Assembly: GCF_964355755.1 (NCBI RefSeq)
Contig: NC_092673.1
Location: 248,001-312,000 of the forward strand
Length of the DNA stretch: 64,000 nt
From: Antedon mediterranea
Taxonomy: Eukaryota; Animalia; Echinodermata
Direction: 5' to 3'
How positions within the stretch are numbered: position 1 is the first letter of the stretch; each line of letters opens with the position of its first letter. A model generated the notes under the pieces. It did not search any database, had not been told where the DNA came from, and saw only the letters and a list, made by a program, of their open reading frames with translations. Below are positions 42,881-56,010 of the stretch, in pieces. The position numbers were made by a program, and so were the translations under genes.

Positions 42881-45752
42881 ATGTTATCAAGATTATTATT
42901 TGTTTGTATCAACATGATGATGTGGTGCAATCTTGTGTCACATAGTGCCCATATACCAGGTAACTTATTATTCTCATAACCTGCAGACTACTTACAATAT
43001 GTTTACTTATAATAAGCCGAACATGCACCGTGTAAAACGTTAGACTACAAATAACTGTGAACCCATATATTATTAAAGCCAAGTTTTCTAGAACCTATAC
43101 AAAAGGATAAATAAGACAAAAATTACTGGGACATAGTCCGTTGTTATTATTATAACCCATGACATTAAATAATGTATTGTTAGCCTATGGCTTGATTGCA
43201 ATTGGAAGAAGCCATGGTCCCTTTCACCAGCTAATCATGGCATTTTATGAATACTACACGTACTTAATTATGTGGTGTTTGTTGGTCCCTTTCACCAGCT
43301 AATCATGGCATTTTATGAATACTACACGTACTTAATTATGTGGTGTTTGTTGGTCCCTTTCACCAGCTAATCATGGCATTTTATGAATACTACACGTACT
43401 TAATTATGTGGTGTTTGTTGGTCCCTTTCACCAGCTAATCATGGCATTTTATGAATACTACACGTACTTAATTATGTGGTGTTTGTTAACATTCTTGATA
43501 CAGGGTACACAAGTTTAATTATATACTTTTTCATCATGTTTTATGTCATTTATGTATTTCTTTTGTAGAATCCATATTATTGCGCCTGAAGGGCAAAAAC
43601 GGTGACAATATAAAATCGGTAAGTTATAATCAATTAGTTAATTTGTTTCTAATAGTTATGGGGATTATTTAACGGTAAACCTTTAGTAATTTGTCCTGTA
43701 CCTAACACACAAACAAGATAAAAGGTTTCACCCTACTTAATAGTTATGGGGGTTATTTAACGGTAAACCTTTCGTAATTTGTCCTGTACATAACACATAA
43801 ACAAGGCAAAAGGTCTCACCCTACTCAATAGTTATGGGGGTTATTTAACGGTAAACCTTTCGTAATTTGTCCTGTACCTAACACACAAACAAGGCAAAAG
43901 GTCTCACCCTACTCTATGGATTATTGATTGCCGTCAACTTTATTTATTACTTGTAAAAATTCTTTCCATAGAAAAATAGTTAGCACTTTCTTTTATGTTT
44001 TAATGTTAATTATGTTTGTTATAGGCAACAAGTAGAACACTTTTAGAGGATGAAACATTTCAAGACGTAACGTTATTAGAGTACTCATCTGACGTCACGC
44101 GGTTACGCTTAAAACGATCTCATAGGAATCCAGAGGCGGAGGAGCACAGAGGGAGTATCTTACGTAAATTGGTAATTATTATGTATTTTATTTAAACTTA
44201 TGTTAAATCGATTTTGTGTGCGTGCCATGGTAAGTCGAGTACACTGTGCACACAAAGGTTATCTTTCCACCCATACTTTCGCCTGTTAAGCTTGGTTCCC
44301 ACTATTTGGACAAGGACGTAAGCGAAACGCAATTGACCAATGACAAGCGACAATTCGAGTAATTCATCGCTTGTGATTGGTCAAATCACTTACTTTGAGT
44401 CAAGTCGATAGTGTGAACCACACTTTATGCACGAAGATGGAGATATACTAGTTTATTTATTCCTTCCTAACAATGGTAAACTGAATATCCGGAGCATCAT
44501 CAATATCTTAATAATAATAATAATCAATAACATTTCGATCGTACTTATTTTAAAAGTATTATATTTATTTTACAGAGACACTCTCAAAGAAAGAATAAAG
44601 AAAAGAAGGAAGATTTTACTACTTTTATAGAAACCACTGAGACATTACAAACTGAAAACTCTAATAGCACTAACAGTACATATATAAACGAACAATTCAA
44701 ACCACCAATGAATCAAGGTAATTCAATCATTCTTACAAATATTTAATATCATTAGGATTACTATTAGCTTCTCAGTAGATAGAAGGATATCTACGTTAAA
44801 AATTTATTATAGAAAGAATCATTGAACTACCTCCGGTACCGCCCATATATTCGGAAGCAATATAGTCACGCATAAACAGGGCATGATGTCACCGTGTTGT
44901 CATCAACACATTTATTTGTTACATATTTATTGTTTATTATTTATTTATTTGTTATTTTAAAAAATTGGCCTATTGAGGGTGTCAGAAATCTGTGTAAAAA
45001 TGTATCCAGTTTAACTTCTAACTGTTATCTGTTTAGGTGTAACCAATTGGTCGAGAGATGCAAATGCATGCCGAGAAAGTCGACGCACGTCATATGACGA
45101 CCATCGTGTATACCCACTATGCACAATATGTACAGCTAAAACTACTTTTCCTGAAGGAACTATTCCCAGAGAAATACATGAAACAATATGTCTTCCATCG
45201 GGAAATCATGTCGTAAGAGATGACGAAACAAATTCATGTCTTAGAGGTAGGCATTCATATTAATATGAAGGGATTAAAATGTGATGTATAGTCTCGGTTT
45301 CTGGGCGTATGTCCTGGTCGTTAATTATTACGTAAACGCAACGCAAGCGAGTTGATCAATCACAAGCGATGAATGGTCAAATAATTGCGCTACGCTTACG
45401 TAATAACGTCTTAGTGGGAACCAAATTAGAGGTTTTTCATTCGACTTTGGAATCAATGTAAAATGTTAAATACAATTCAAATTTTAGTGGTTAAAACATA
45501 GGCCTACTTGTAACTATAAAGAATGTTATGTCAATTTGATTAATGTTTTCTTATGTTTTAGGCTTTGGTCGTTGTAAACAGCGAACGAAACGTATTGAGT
45601 TAAGAAGACTAAAAGTTGGACCTCGTCCTACGCACTTATACGAATCAGAGATTGAACAAGATGACTGGGAATATGCTCATTATGATTGGCGCTATTCATG
45701 TGACTGTGAAGTAAGACCTGGAAACTTTATATATGACTTTACTAAGCCATGA
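42881..45752 (+). CDS. Secreted cystine-knot growth-factor-like precursor (Trunk/PTTH/Noggin/IL-17-like fold suspected), 272 aa, 6 coding exons
   Basis: Exons 42881-42959 (signal peptide MLSRLLFVCINMMMWCNLVSHSA), 43569-43618, 44025-44171 (RLKR furin site), 44576-44717, 45037-45246, 45562-45752 total 819 nt. C-terminal 8-Cys domain: C..LCTIC..FPEGTIPREIHETIC..CLRGFGRC..W..SCDCEV. Confidence 0.8.
43215..43487. repeat. 68-bp tandem repeat x4
   Basis: GGTCCCTTTCACCAGCTAATCATGGC at 43216, 43284, 43352 and 43420. Confidence 0.95.
43650..43915. repeat. 88-bp tandem repeat x3
   Basis: AATAGTTATGGGG at 43651, 43739 and 43827. Confidence 0.9.
44287..44422. mobile_element. PIF/Harbinger-like palindromic MITE family (several decayed copies)
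   Basis: AGCTTGGTTCCCACTA..GACCAATGACAAGCGA..TCGCTTGTGATTGGTC..TAGTG(G/T)GAACCA. Similar copies at ~45325-45423, ~47087-47220, ~59427-59540 and ~62880-63005. Confidence 0.6.
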
Positions 45753-46027
45753 GAAATAGCATTAAACGTATGGATTCAACGAAGAAGGTAACACGGCCCC
45801 GGTGGTGTCGCCAGTGCCGTGCGGACACAAGACCGACGACACGCACATACACACATACTGCTGTACTGTCAGTGTGTCACTGGTGATATAATAACTAACG
45901 AACAGAAGACAATCCCGTCTACAGTCTTACTACGGTAGTTCTTATAAAGATACGCTTGAAATGTGCTATAACTTATCGACGGATACGGGCGAAATAAGAC
46001 TACGGCAGAACATTTCTACATACTAAT

Positions 46028-46142
46028 CAATAGTAGCCCTACTACTGTATAATATACGCTGAGCCAATAGTAGCCCTACTACTGTATAATATACGCTGAT
46101 CCAATAGTAGCCCTACTACTGTATAATACTGTATACGCTGAG
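46028..46142. repeat. ~37-bp tandem repeat x3 downstream of the cystine-knot CDS (probable 3' UTR)
   Basis: CAATAGTAGCCCTACTACTGTATAATATACGCTGA repeats. Confidence 0.9.
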
Positions 46143-48203
46143 CTAATCTGAACATCAGTATAGTTACCCTCCTTCAATCTTAAACCTCAGTTAAAGCCAA
46201 TACAGCCTGAAAACTATCAACTGACTTGACCGAAGTCATTTCCAATTATTCTTTCATAATGGCCGTGGGAAAAGATACAGGTTTTAGAAAATGTAAAGTA
46301 TTTATTTGTATTCAATACATTACGTATATAGTAGGCATACGTCTTGATGGCATTGCCTATAGTAGTGTGTATATGTACAGTTTCAAACCGACCTAAAATG
46401 GAAAATGTATTTAGACCACTAACCTGCTATATTACGAATGTTATCATTACGAGCACTGTCATCTTGATATCATTATAATCCCTCCATGAAAATAAAAACA
46501 AATTAATGATTAAAACACAACGTTGTAGGTTTAAACACATGAAACGGGACAACATTGTATGTTAAAATACAATAGAAAGAAGAACATTGTAATGACAAAG
46601 CACAATAGAATTAAGACAACATTGTGTGTTTAATCACAATAGAACGAAGTATCTAGAATACTTTTTATTTCCTCACTAATTCAATCACGTGATACTAGTA
46701 TCATGTTGCATATTTATTACATTGTATTTATTTTGTAAAATATTACCTAATGTATTTATAATTATTTATAAATATTAGTTCGATACCTTGACGAAAAGTC
46801 GAACTGCTTTATGGGCCTACAACATAATGTACAAAGCAACTCATTATTTATATTAAGTTAAAATAAGTGTATATAAAAAATATGTATATGTATAACAGAA
46901 TCTGCTGTTAATAATTTAATGTAGAATTTTTTAAAACGTTGATTCAAAGACACCGTCCAATTAGTATGCATAAAATTAGCATTCATTTAGTTTCGGTGGA
47001 TGTCCTTTGAGTCTTAGATAGCAAGTAGGGCCTATGTGTATTTTTTAAATACGTATCGGTGTAGGGCCGGCCTTGCTGCCTCGTATGCTTGGTTACCACT
47101 AGAACGCGGCGCAACGTTTGGCCAATCACAAGCGATGGATTAACTATTGCTTGTCATTGGTCAAAATATTGCTTGCGGTGCGCACTGCGTTCTTGTGATG
47201 CGTTCAAGTACAGTGGGATCAGTATTTTATCAAATTTGAACGGCGAGAATCTGGTGTAATGGCATGACATTTGGACTAGGTCTCGAGTCGGCTGACTGAC
47301 TACCGCCAATAAAAAATATCCTAATATTATTGGGCCTATGCCTGTATTTTTATTACTGTAGTGAAGAGGGTCACGTGCAATATCGGTTTTAAATCGAGAG
47401 TATTTATGTTGAATAACCGAAGAAAACAATGTTTCATATTATGTATACACAAGATGAAAATAAAATAAAAAAAGATATATATATTGAACTCGAATCTTTT
47501 TTTCTTTATTTACTGTTATCTAATAACAATGTTATTTTTTATATTTTCAATTTGTGGATAGTTGGATGGCCGACTGTCTGTATATCCACCCCGATCACCT
47601 ATCTATGTAGGGTAGGGTACCCAAATAAAACAAAAATCAATGCCTATCTCGGCAAAAATATAAATCCGATAATCCAAAGTATTTCATTAAATAAAAATTA
47701 TTAAGATGCTATTATAGGAGATTTGATGTAAATAGAAAGTTTCTATATCCAGAGCCATCTATTCTATTTATACATGTATTAATGAGGTGAAAACGGAGAT
47801 GGTTTACCCAGTGTTACCCTTTACCCCGGAATAACTGGCTGGATTCAAGCTAATCTAAAATAAGAAGCTGATAGACATCTCCGCATTATAGACAAATACG
47901 GCACGTTTTAGGTTATATATAGGTATTTTATTATATTTTTTTTAATGGTAGGCCTATTTCCCTTTTGGATTAATACATTAATGAAATTAAATGAAAATAG
48001 GTAGGCTATGGCCTATACCACATTCTATAATAAGTTAAGACTGTTTTATATAAGACAAATAATGAAGATGGAATTATGTTATATGGTAATCATAAACCAT
48101 AATATGGGGTTTGTTGACATGGTCTGGAGAAAATTGCCCAAATGTTTCACTGGTAGGCCTGTACGGCCTGTCTCAGTCTAGCGACCACATGTAGAGGCCA
48201 GGC

Positions 48204-48472
48204 CAACGCGATGAAAGCCAGGCTGGTGGAACAAAACGCGTTACTGTTAATCGCAGCACGCTGACTCAATCCGTCTAGTAGCTTATTAAATATATTGACA
48301 AACGCGATGGAATCGACTCTGGTGGAGCAAAACGCGTTACTGTTTATCACAGCACGCTGACTCAACGTCTAGTAGCTTATTAAATATATTCCCAAACGCG
48401 ATGGAATCCACTCTGGTTGAGCAAAACGCGTTACTGTTCGTCGCAGCAAGCTGACTCAATGCGTCTAGTAGC
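48204..48472. repeat. ~95-bp tandem repeat x3
   Basis: AACGCGATG(G/A)AA..CAAAACGCGTTACTGTT..GCTGACTCAA..TCTAGTAGC units. Confidence 0.85.
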
Positions 48473-50027
48473 ATAATTATTATATTTATCGACAACTTAA
48501 TCTTTGTTATATATATATTCTATAAAACAAATCCGAAACTGTTCGTTTTGAGAACAGTAGAAATACATTTTGGAGTATATACGGTAAACGTCAACATAAC
48601 TTTCTTATTGACATGAACAATTGTTATTATTTGATTATCATGATAAAATGTAATAATATTTTGTGAATTCGCTAGTAACAAAACATGTATATCTAAAGTA
48701 GTTGATTTTAAAAGATATCAGTGTTTATCTCTATGGCTGGTAAAGAGGAAACAAATTATCTCTGTTTTGAGAATTAGCGCATTTGATGGGTAAATAAGAA
48801 AAGGAAATCTTCACATCACGTTTCAATAAAATTGTGAGATAGCCGATATGAAACACTTTTAATTCTCAAAAAATGTGTTTCGGGAAATGGGCCGGTCTCG
48901 TCGATCTATTTAATGTTCGATTGTACTCACTCAACAGATAAGCAGTCCAATTCTTCTAAAAAAAAAATAATTTTAACTGGCATTAAATTCCGAAAAATTG
49001 AGATGTTGTAATTTTAGTAACATTTGTTGTTATTTGTCTCTTGACTTTCCTTGCCTTTTGTGTATTGTGTGGCATGGAGGAAATTTGAAAAATAAATATT
49101 TGTTTTAATATTAAAAAAGTTGTTAAAGAATAAAAGAGCTCCGTCGATGATCATGGACACGATGACAAAGACAATTTATATACAACAGTGTTTCAGTTAA
49201 AACGATGGGAAAATGTTTAAATTTAAATGATGATGACGTACCAGATTTCAAACGTTTAAAAACCCGTTAAATGTATTCAATCATCAGTGACTTCAAATTG
49301 TTCTTTCATCCACCCATTAACAATGGATTGCCAGAAATAGTACATTAACTACCAAGAAGGATTCCAATTTAATGACAGAACAATTTATAATATAAAAATG
49401 AGATCTCATCCTCGGGGATAGAACCGGAAATAGGATCTTTGACTTGGAAATATTGTGTACCTGACTTTCCAGATTAGAGGAGATATCGTTTGATAATCTT
49501 CTTCCTAATCTTTTACAATTTTGCTAACACGTGATAATAGATTATTGAATCCAGCTCGGAGACTCCCCAGGTAGCCTATATTATAGATATCTAGCTCGGC
49601 GACTCCTAATGGTAGTAGGTAGCCTATATTCTTCGAGGTACGTATAGCATTATCTGCTATCGTTTACCTAAAAAAATGACAGCATGTAATATATAATTTT
49701 GAAACAGTGGGGAACGCTTCTTGAGTGAAGGTGTGTCCACGGATTAAATTATAATATAAGTATGTAAAAGAAAAGTTTGCATTCAATGCTCGAGCCTTGC
49801 CAATTCATGCAGTCTAATATTCTTATTATTTTATTCTAATTATATTATTAATTGTAATTACATTTTGGAAATCCCAAAATTAAGCACAAATAAACAAAAA
49901 AGTTATAATAGACTTTATAATTTAGGCAAATTAATTTTAAAAAAATAATTACTGTGAGTGTTTACTCGTTTAATTATGCAATATTGATATTTAAAAAAAT
50001 AAATTTTGTTTTAAGAAAAAATAAAAA

Positions 50028-50100
50028 CACCTCCGACGGGACTCGAACCCGCAATCCCCGGCTTAGGAGGCCGATGCCTTATCCATTAGGCCACGGAGGC
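50028..50100 (-). tRNA. tRNA-Arg (anticodon CCT)
   Basis: GCCTCCG TG GCCT AATGGATA AGGC A TCGGC CTCCTAA GCCGG GGATT GCGGG TTCGAGT CCCGT CGGAGGT G forms a full 73-nt cloverleaf, followed by a T5 Pol III terminator. Confidence 0.97.
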
Positions 50101-50479
50101 TGCACATGGTTTTGCCAGACTTATTACAAATAGGTCATTCATAGTTAATTTTATTGAATTATATTTTTTTTATATTTATGTATTGTATTTTTTTAAAATA
50201 TTTGTCTATGATACTCTTTTTCTTTTTAAATAGATAAAATTATTATTTAAATTATATTTAAATAACGCGTCGTTGTCAACAAAATAATTGACAATGATCT
50301 TTGGTATCAATACATTTTGAACGAGGATTGATTTTACGTCGTCGTCGTTGGTGGCGGTAGATAATGTAAAGCGCAGAAAAGAGTGTAAATAATACAGAAA
50401 CCGACGAGCTGAAAAAAACATAAATAACGAAAAATAGCACTTAGATATATTACTGTAACTAATTTATTACAGTCGTTAT

Positions 50480-53336
50480 ATGATGGGACGAAGTCGAAGT
50501 AGATCTCGTTCGCCTCATGGAAGAAGAGGTAATCAAGTCTCTAGGCTAGGAGGCCTTGTCTTATGTTATTAATTATTATGATGAATGAGATGATGACTGT
50601 CGTCGGCCCTGTCTGTCACGCTAGGAGGTTAGGCTTAGTTCAGTACTCGGTAGGCCTAGAGAGGAAGAGTAGCCTAGGCCGCCTAGATAGATAATTCTTG
50701 CTAAGCCTGAGTAACCTAAAGACAGACTAGAGTCTAACTAATCTCTGTACACAGAAAAGAACAGTGTCGGAGAGTGTGTACGGATGCTGAGTCAGTGTAC
50801 ATTTGTCATTATTATCATATTTTTTGTACATTCATTAATATAGCCTATTAATAGTAATACAGTAATTTTTTATTTTATTAAGATCATGATGATTGATGGA
50901 ATGGCATAGTTTTTATAATCTTTTTTGTTTAGTTTGTTTGTTTATTTTTTTGCAGTTAGGAGGAGATCTACATCTAGGGAAAGACACCGAAGACGAAAAG
51001 GTAATCTATGAATTAATTGAAATTATTATTATACGGTTAGGCCTATTGTTTTTGTTTAAAAAATACTACATACCTTGAAAATTGTTTAGCGATTGTATTA
51101 AATCTATATTCCGATATCACCTTTCATCAACATTCTTATTAATTTGATGATGATATTTTTTTTCTACACATCAAGATGTTCAAAGGTCTCGAAGTAGATC
51201 CCCCAAACATTATAGACGGTAAGGAAATAACAAATTACAGTAATATTTTTTACATTTACCATACAAACATACAATCTATAATTTACCACAAAATTAAATT
51301 CATTTTACTTTTGCCCTTTTTTAGGTCTATATCCCCAAGACGAAGAAGGTTGGTTTCTGTAGACAACAGGTTGGGACCAGGGAGGTGAATTGGGACTGAA
51401 AAAATACATTTAGAGATATGAAGCCAAAGCTACCAACAGCACAGTTTGTTGTTAATCTTTTTGTACATCAAATATTAGTTTATTAACAGTGAAGACAGAT
51501 TTAGGCACCTTCAAGTTTTGGAAAAAATGTTTTATTTCAACAATAGAGGGCGCTCTGACTATAAATAATTTTACAGTAGTATCACCCCTGTAATAATTAC
51601 GACTTATAATTTGACATTATAAAAATGTCTTTGTAACTTTTACTACAGGTCACATTCAAGGTCACCAAGAAGGCAATACAATAGAAGTCATTCCAGGTCA
51701 AGGTACAGTATAATTTAATGACCTACAAGTACAATTTAGACCACTGTGTGGTCCTTGACCACATTACACTGATGTGGTGGTAGACATACTGTACTCTCGT
51801 TTGATAGCAAGTTTTGATTTATTCATTTTAGTATTAACATAATGTCTACTTGACATTTATTATATATTTGTTCATAGATCACCTACCCATAGTAAAGGAA
51901 TTAAAGACACAAGTGGTCCATCAGGCCCAAAGCCTAAGGATAAACTAGATGGTAAGTATACTTCACATATCCAACATCCTTAATGCTTACAAACAGTAGC
52001 TGTAATTCATATGTTTATAGTTTAATTTGATTTAATTATAATGATGTTGTTTAAACGTTTGCATGATGAACTAGAAAGCCACTTGGAGAGTGCATACCTC
52101 CGCCTACTGTAAAATTCTCCTACATAAGATTTCTCCGGGAAAAAATATATATATATTTGTGTGTGTCTTTTTTTTTCTCCATGGTCAAATCTAAAGTAGC
52201 ACAGTGGATTGGTCATTATCATAATAGACTGTCTTGTGACAGGCTTATTGTACTGTTAACCAAAGTTATGCTGTTTATTATTTAAATGTAAATAATCAAT
52301 ATTGCTATTAAAGTCATTGTTTTATTTTTACATTTAGTACCAGTTACCGAAGAAGACAATGATATGATGAAATTAATGGGATTTTGCAACTTTGACACAA
52401 CTAAGGTAATTTATATTGAATATGCTGTACAAGCAAACACCATGCAAATGGTATATTTAATGTGTATTGTAAGGCTCCAATGCACCAGTCCACTGTAGCT
52501 CTTTTAGCTAACATGGTAATGCATACAAGTATGTTTACATAACAAAAAGCTTTTGTATATCTTCTTTGATACAAAATAAATCCTAAACAAACATTGACCG
52601 ATTCGTAAAAACATTTGGATGTCGGGTCTTGTTGTGGAAAGAAAATTAGAAAAAAACAAGGATTACAAAATCAGAATCAATGGGTAAGATGAGGTTACCT
52701 ACAGTATCCAGAAATTATGCTAAAATTATAACAGCTCACATTAATTTCTTAGGGCCAACATGTTCCTGGTTCTAACAATGCATCAGCTTCAACTATTAAA
52801 GTAAACAGACGCTACAGGCAAGTGTACAATATTATTTGTTTGTTTATTGGAGCTATTTTTTGGAGTCGAGTGGGCGAGCAGTTAAGTCAGTAGCATTGCA
52901 ACATTTATTTTCTCGGATAAGAACTTACATTTTTGAGAAGTTTAAAGAGCCCTATAATAAAAGTGGAACGAACCCACACAAAACAAAAAAAAAAGTTTAA
53001 AGAGCCCAGGACAGAATAGAATAGTTGAGAGTTAGCACTGCTCCATCTCATCCCCTGTCTTTGTGGACAGAAAAATTAGTGCCTTTTGGTGACACACCTA
53101 GCCACTGCAATTTGAAACGATGTTGCTATAGAAAGTGCATGGTATACCAAACATTAAACCAATCTTCTGCCTGACTAAACATCCGTTTAGTGTGTCATCC
53201 TGTGGCATTTTATTGATGTTTATATATTTATTTTTCATTTCTATGGCACTATTTAACATTGTTAAACTTTTTAACCAACAGGCAATATATGAACAGAAGA
53301 GGAGGTTTTAATCGACCATTAGATTTTATTGCATGA
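50480..53336 (+). CDS. SNRNP27: U4/U6.U5 tri-snRNP 27-kDa protein, 9 exons
   Basis: RS-rich exons 50480-50528, 50956-51000, 51176-51218, 51325-51348, 51649-51702, 51878-51951; then 52338-52405 (MMKLMGFCNFDTTK), 52753-52817 (GC donor) and 53282-53336 (RQYMNRRGGFNRPLDFIA*). Confidence 0.95.
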
Positions 53337-53380
53337 GGATACTTACATGCAGTTATTTACCTATGTGAAAGGTCTAACCC

Positions 53381-53451
53381 TAACCAACAGGCAATATATG
53401 AACAGAAAAGGAGGTTTTAATCGACCATTAGATTTTATTGCATGAGGATAC
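53381..53451 (+). other. Duplicate of the SNRNP27 terminal exon with its acceptor
   Basis: TAACCAACAG|GCAATATATGAACAGAAAAGGAGG...GCATGAGGATAC, one substitution relative to 53272-53342. Confidence 0.95.
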
Positions 53452-55762
53452 AATTTCACTGAGAATTCAATTCACTTGCGGAACCAGTTTAGTGAATGAG
53501 AAATGTGTACATGAAGGTCATGCAGAAACAGTCAATAGTCTACTACTAACAAACTCTTTTGAGTTTTTTATTCAGTAATCAAGTATTAAACCATTATCTG
53601 CTACAGTTGTTAAGCTTAGAAATAATATCTATTTTATTTATTATAAAACGAATTGATACTGTTTGAATAAGTACAGTCAAGTAGTCTTCTTTATGAATTA
53701 ATGGACAATTGTAGCCAATTTAAACAAAGGCAATTACATGCAGTGATTTACCTATGTGAAAGGTTTATGCTTAAACCATAGAGTTTGTTGCTGCTCCGTG
53801 TAATGGTTAAACTAACTTATAAACATTACTTTGAAGGATGTTCACTGATTTTCATAATATGATACCAGGGAGGTATACCTCCCTGATAATACTAGTCCTT
53901 TTAATATCAAGATTTTAATCTTTAGTCTGCACTTTGTTTACTCAAGTCATGCACCTAATACATGTATGAGTTTGTTCACCACTAACCTATAGTCTGGTGT
54001 AGTATACATACAACATTTAAAAGACAAATGTCTCTAGAAGTCAGGAACTTGTATACGTATGTATTAAAATTATGTTTGTGGTAATAAATGCATTTTTATC
54101 TAAAATTATAAATATTTGTTTATTATTTCAGTAGTGGTAGCTAAGACCTATTAGTAGTATACCCAATTTAAAAACAGAACATCTCTCTAGAATTCCGGAA
54201 CTTTTATACAAATAATATTTTTGAAAATCTAGGCCTATTGAATAAAAAATATTTGTATCCTAGCTTATACAGTAGTAAAAAATCAAATTATGTTTCTGGA
54301 AATAAATGCATTTTTATCTAAAATTGTGGCTATTTTATTATTTTACAGTATTAATACGTAGTTTTAGGTAATATTTGTTATTTTAGATTTAAAAAAAAGT
54401 TTTACATATAATTATAATAGTAACCTAGGTAATATATGTTTTTTTATCATAGAGCCATAACAAATACTGTTCATGATATTCTTGGTGAGCTATCACTTTT
54501 GAGAAAACACAACATGCTGGCATCAGCTACTAAGCATGTGCTCTCCATGCTAACTAGTTCATGGTCACCAATCGTCTCGCATCGTGCGGAATAGTCCCGC
54601 ATTTGAAAGTGATTTTAACACGCATTTTCCACAAACACATGCGTGATCACATATACTTTGTCCCTTGAGGGGAAATATGCATTCAAATTACTGTAATTGC
54701 ATTATTAAAAAGGGTCGGTGGTGTGTTGCATCATCGTCGTCGTCGGTTCAACAACGTAAACATATATTAAATACGGTGCCATTGGTATTTTTGTATAAAA
54801 GAAAATAAACCCAAAACATCAATGTTTTTATTTGAAATTAATGAAAGATATATGAAGGGGAAACCCCCATTAAAAATAGCGTTCTCAAATTTTTGTAGAG
54901 CAACTTTAGTTGATTCCATTATTAAAAGGGAAGTAGTCTTAGATTTATTTAATATTACTTGGGTATTAATTGTACTGTATAATAATATTACTGTTAAATC
55001 TAGTTACATTAAATATGTTACAGATTTGTGTTAATTCAATAAGCAAATGTTGCATTTATTTTGTTAGGTTAACCTCACGTTTAAGATATAGAATTAGGAA
55101 TGTTCTATTATTTGTACGGTACGTGATTTTAATCAAAGAACTTTTATAATATAACACCGTGTAGCCGTCTGATCCCATTGCGAAATCGTAGCCGGTGGAG
55201 GCCTTATCTACCGTTGTCTAATTGAGATTCTTCCAAACAATTAATTTTGTTGGAATGTAGGATGATACGAAACCTATTACCAAAAAAAGGGTGCATTCAC
55301 TAATACAGTATTAGAAGATTCTTTATATCAATTTCGAGAAGAAATCCCGGCGACATGCTGCAGCCAGACATCATTCATCATCAGCAGCACGACGAAAAAG
55401 GTTAGTCATCAGTTTCAGCTGTTTACTGTGTGTAGTAAATCAATAAATCAAATCAAGCCGGCCTGGCCTAAGCATGATAGGCCTAGGCTCTAGCTTGTTG
55501 CAGTAGGCCTAGTAATAGCACTGCAGGCCCACTGTAGGCAATGTAATTATGATAAAACAGGTTTTGTACTGTAGTAGGCTAGGCTTAGTCTAGCCTAGAA
55601 GTGGCTTATTATTTATTATAAAAGCCTCACTAAGGCAGCCATGATGATGATGCAATCAAAAGAATGTGTATGGATGGATGGTTCCACCAAATAGCCTCAT
55701 TTCATACTATTCTTATACTAGGCCTATATAAAGTACATGTGAAATTGAATAGAGACAGCACT

Positions 55763-55937
55763 CAGGGACAAATTTCATTTAAAAATTTTGTTTAGCAAAA
55801 TTGCTATTCAAACTGATTGTTGAGTCAAGAAACATAGTTTTGTATTGCATTTTTTGCTACACAATTTGCGAAATGTGTAGCAATATGGTTGTTTTGTATA
55901 GCATTTTTCTATGCTACACTGGCGAAATTATTCCCTG
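55763..55937. mobile_element. Small hAT-like MITE in GPAM intron 1
   Basis: CAGGGACAAATTTC / GAAATTATTCCCTG termini, internal TGCTAC/GTAGCA motifs, AGCACT on both flanks. Confidence 0.5.
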
Positions 55938-56010
55938 AGCACTGCAAATGATATAAATCTATGCATCTAAGGTATTTATTAAAATCGCATTCTAGTAGTA
56001 GTATAGAAGA

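Noticed and set aside
51541-51556. CTCF-like CAATAGAGGGCGCT (related motifs at ~565, ~614, ~27850, ~27895)
   Set aside because: Partial match only; cannot be distinguished from chance or repeat-derived sequence without ChIP data.
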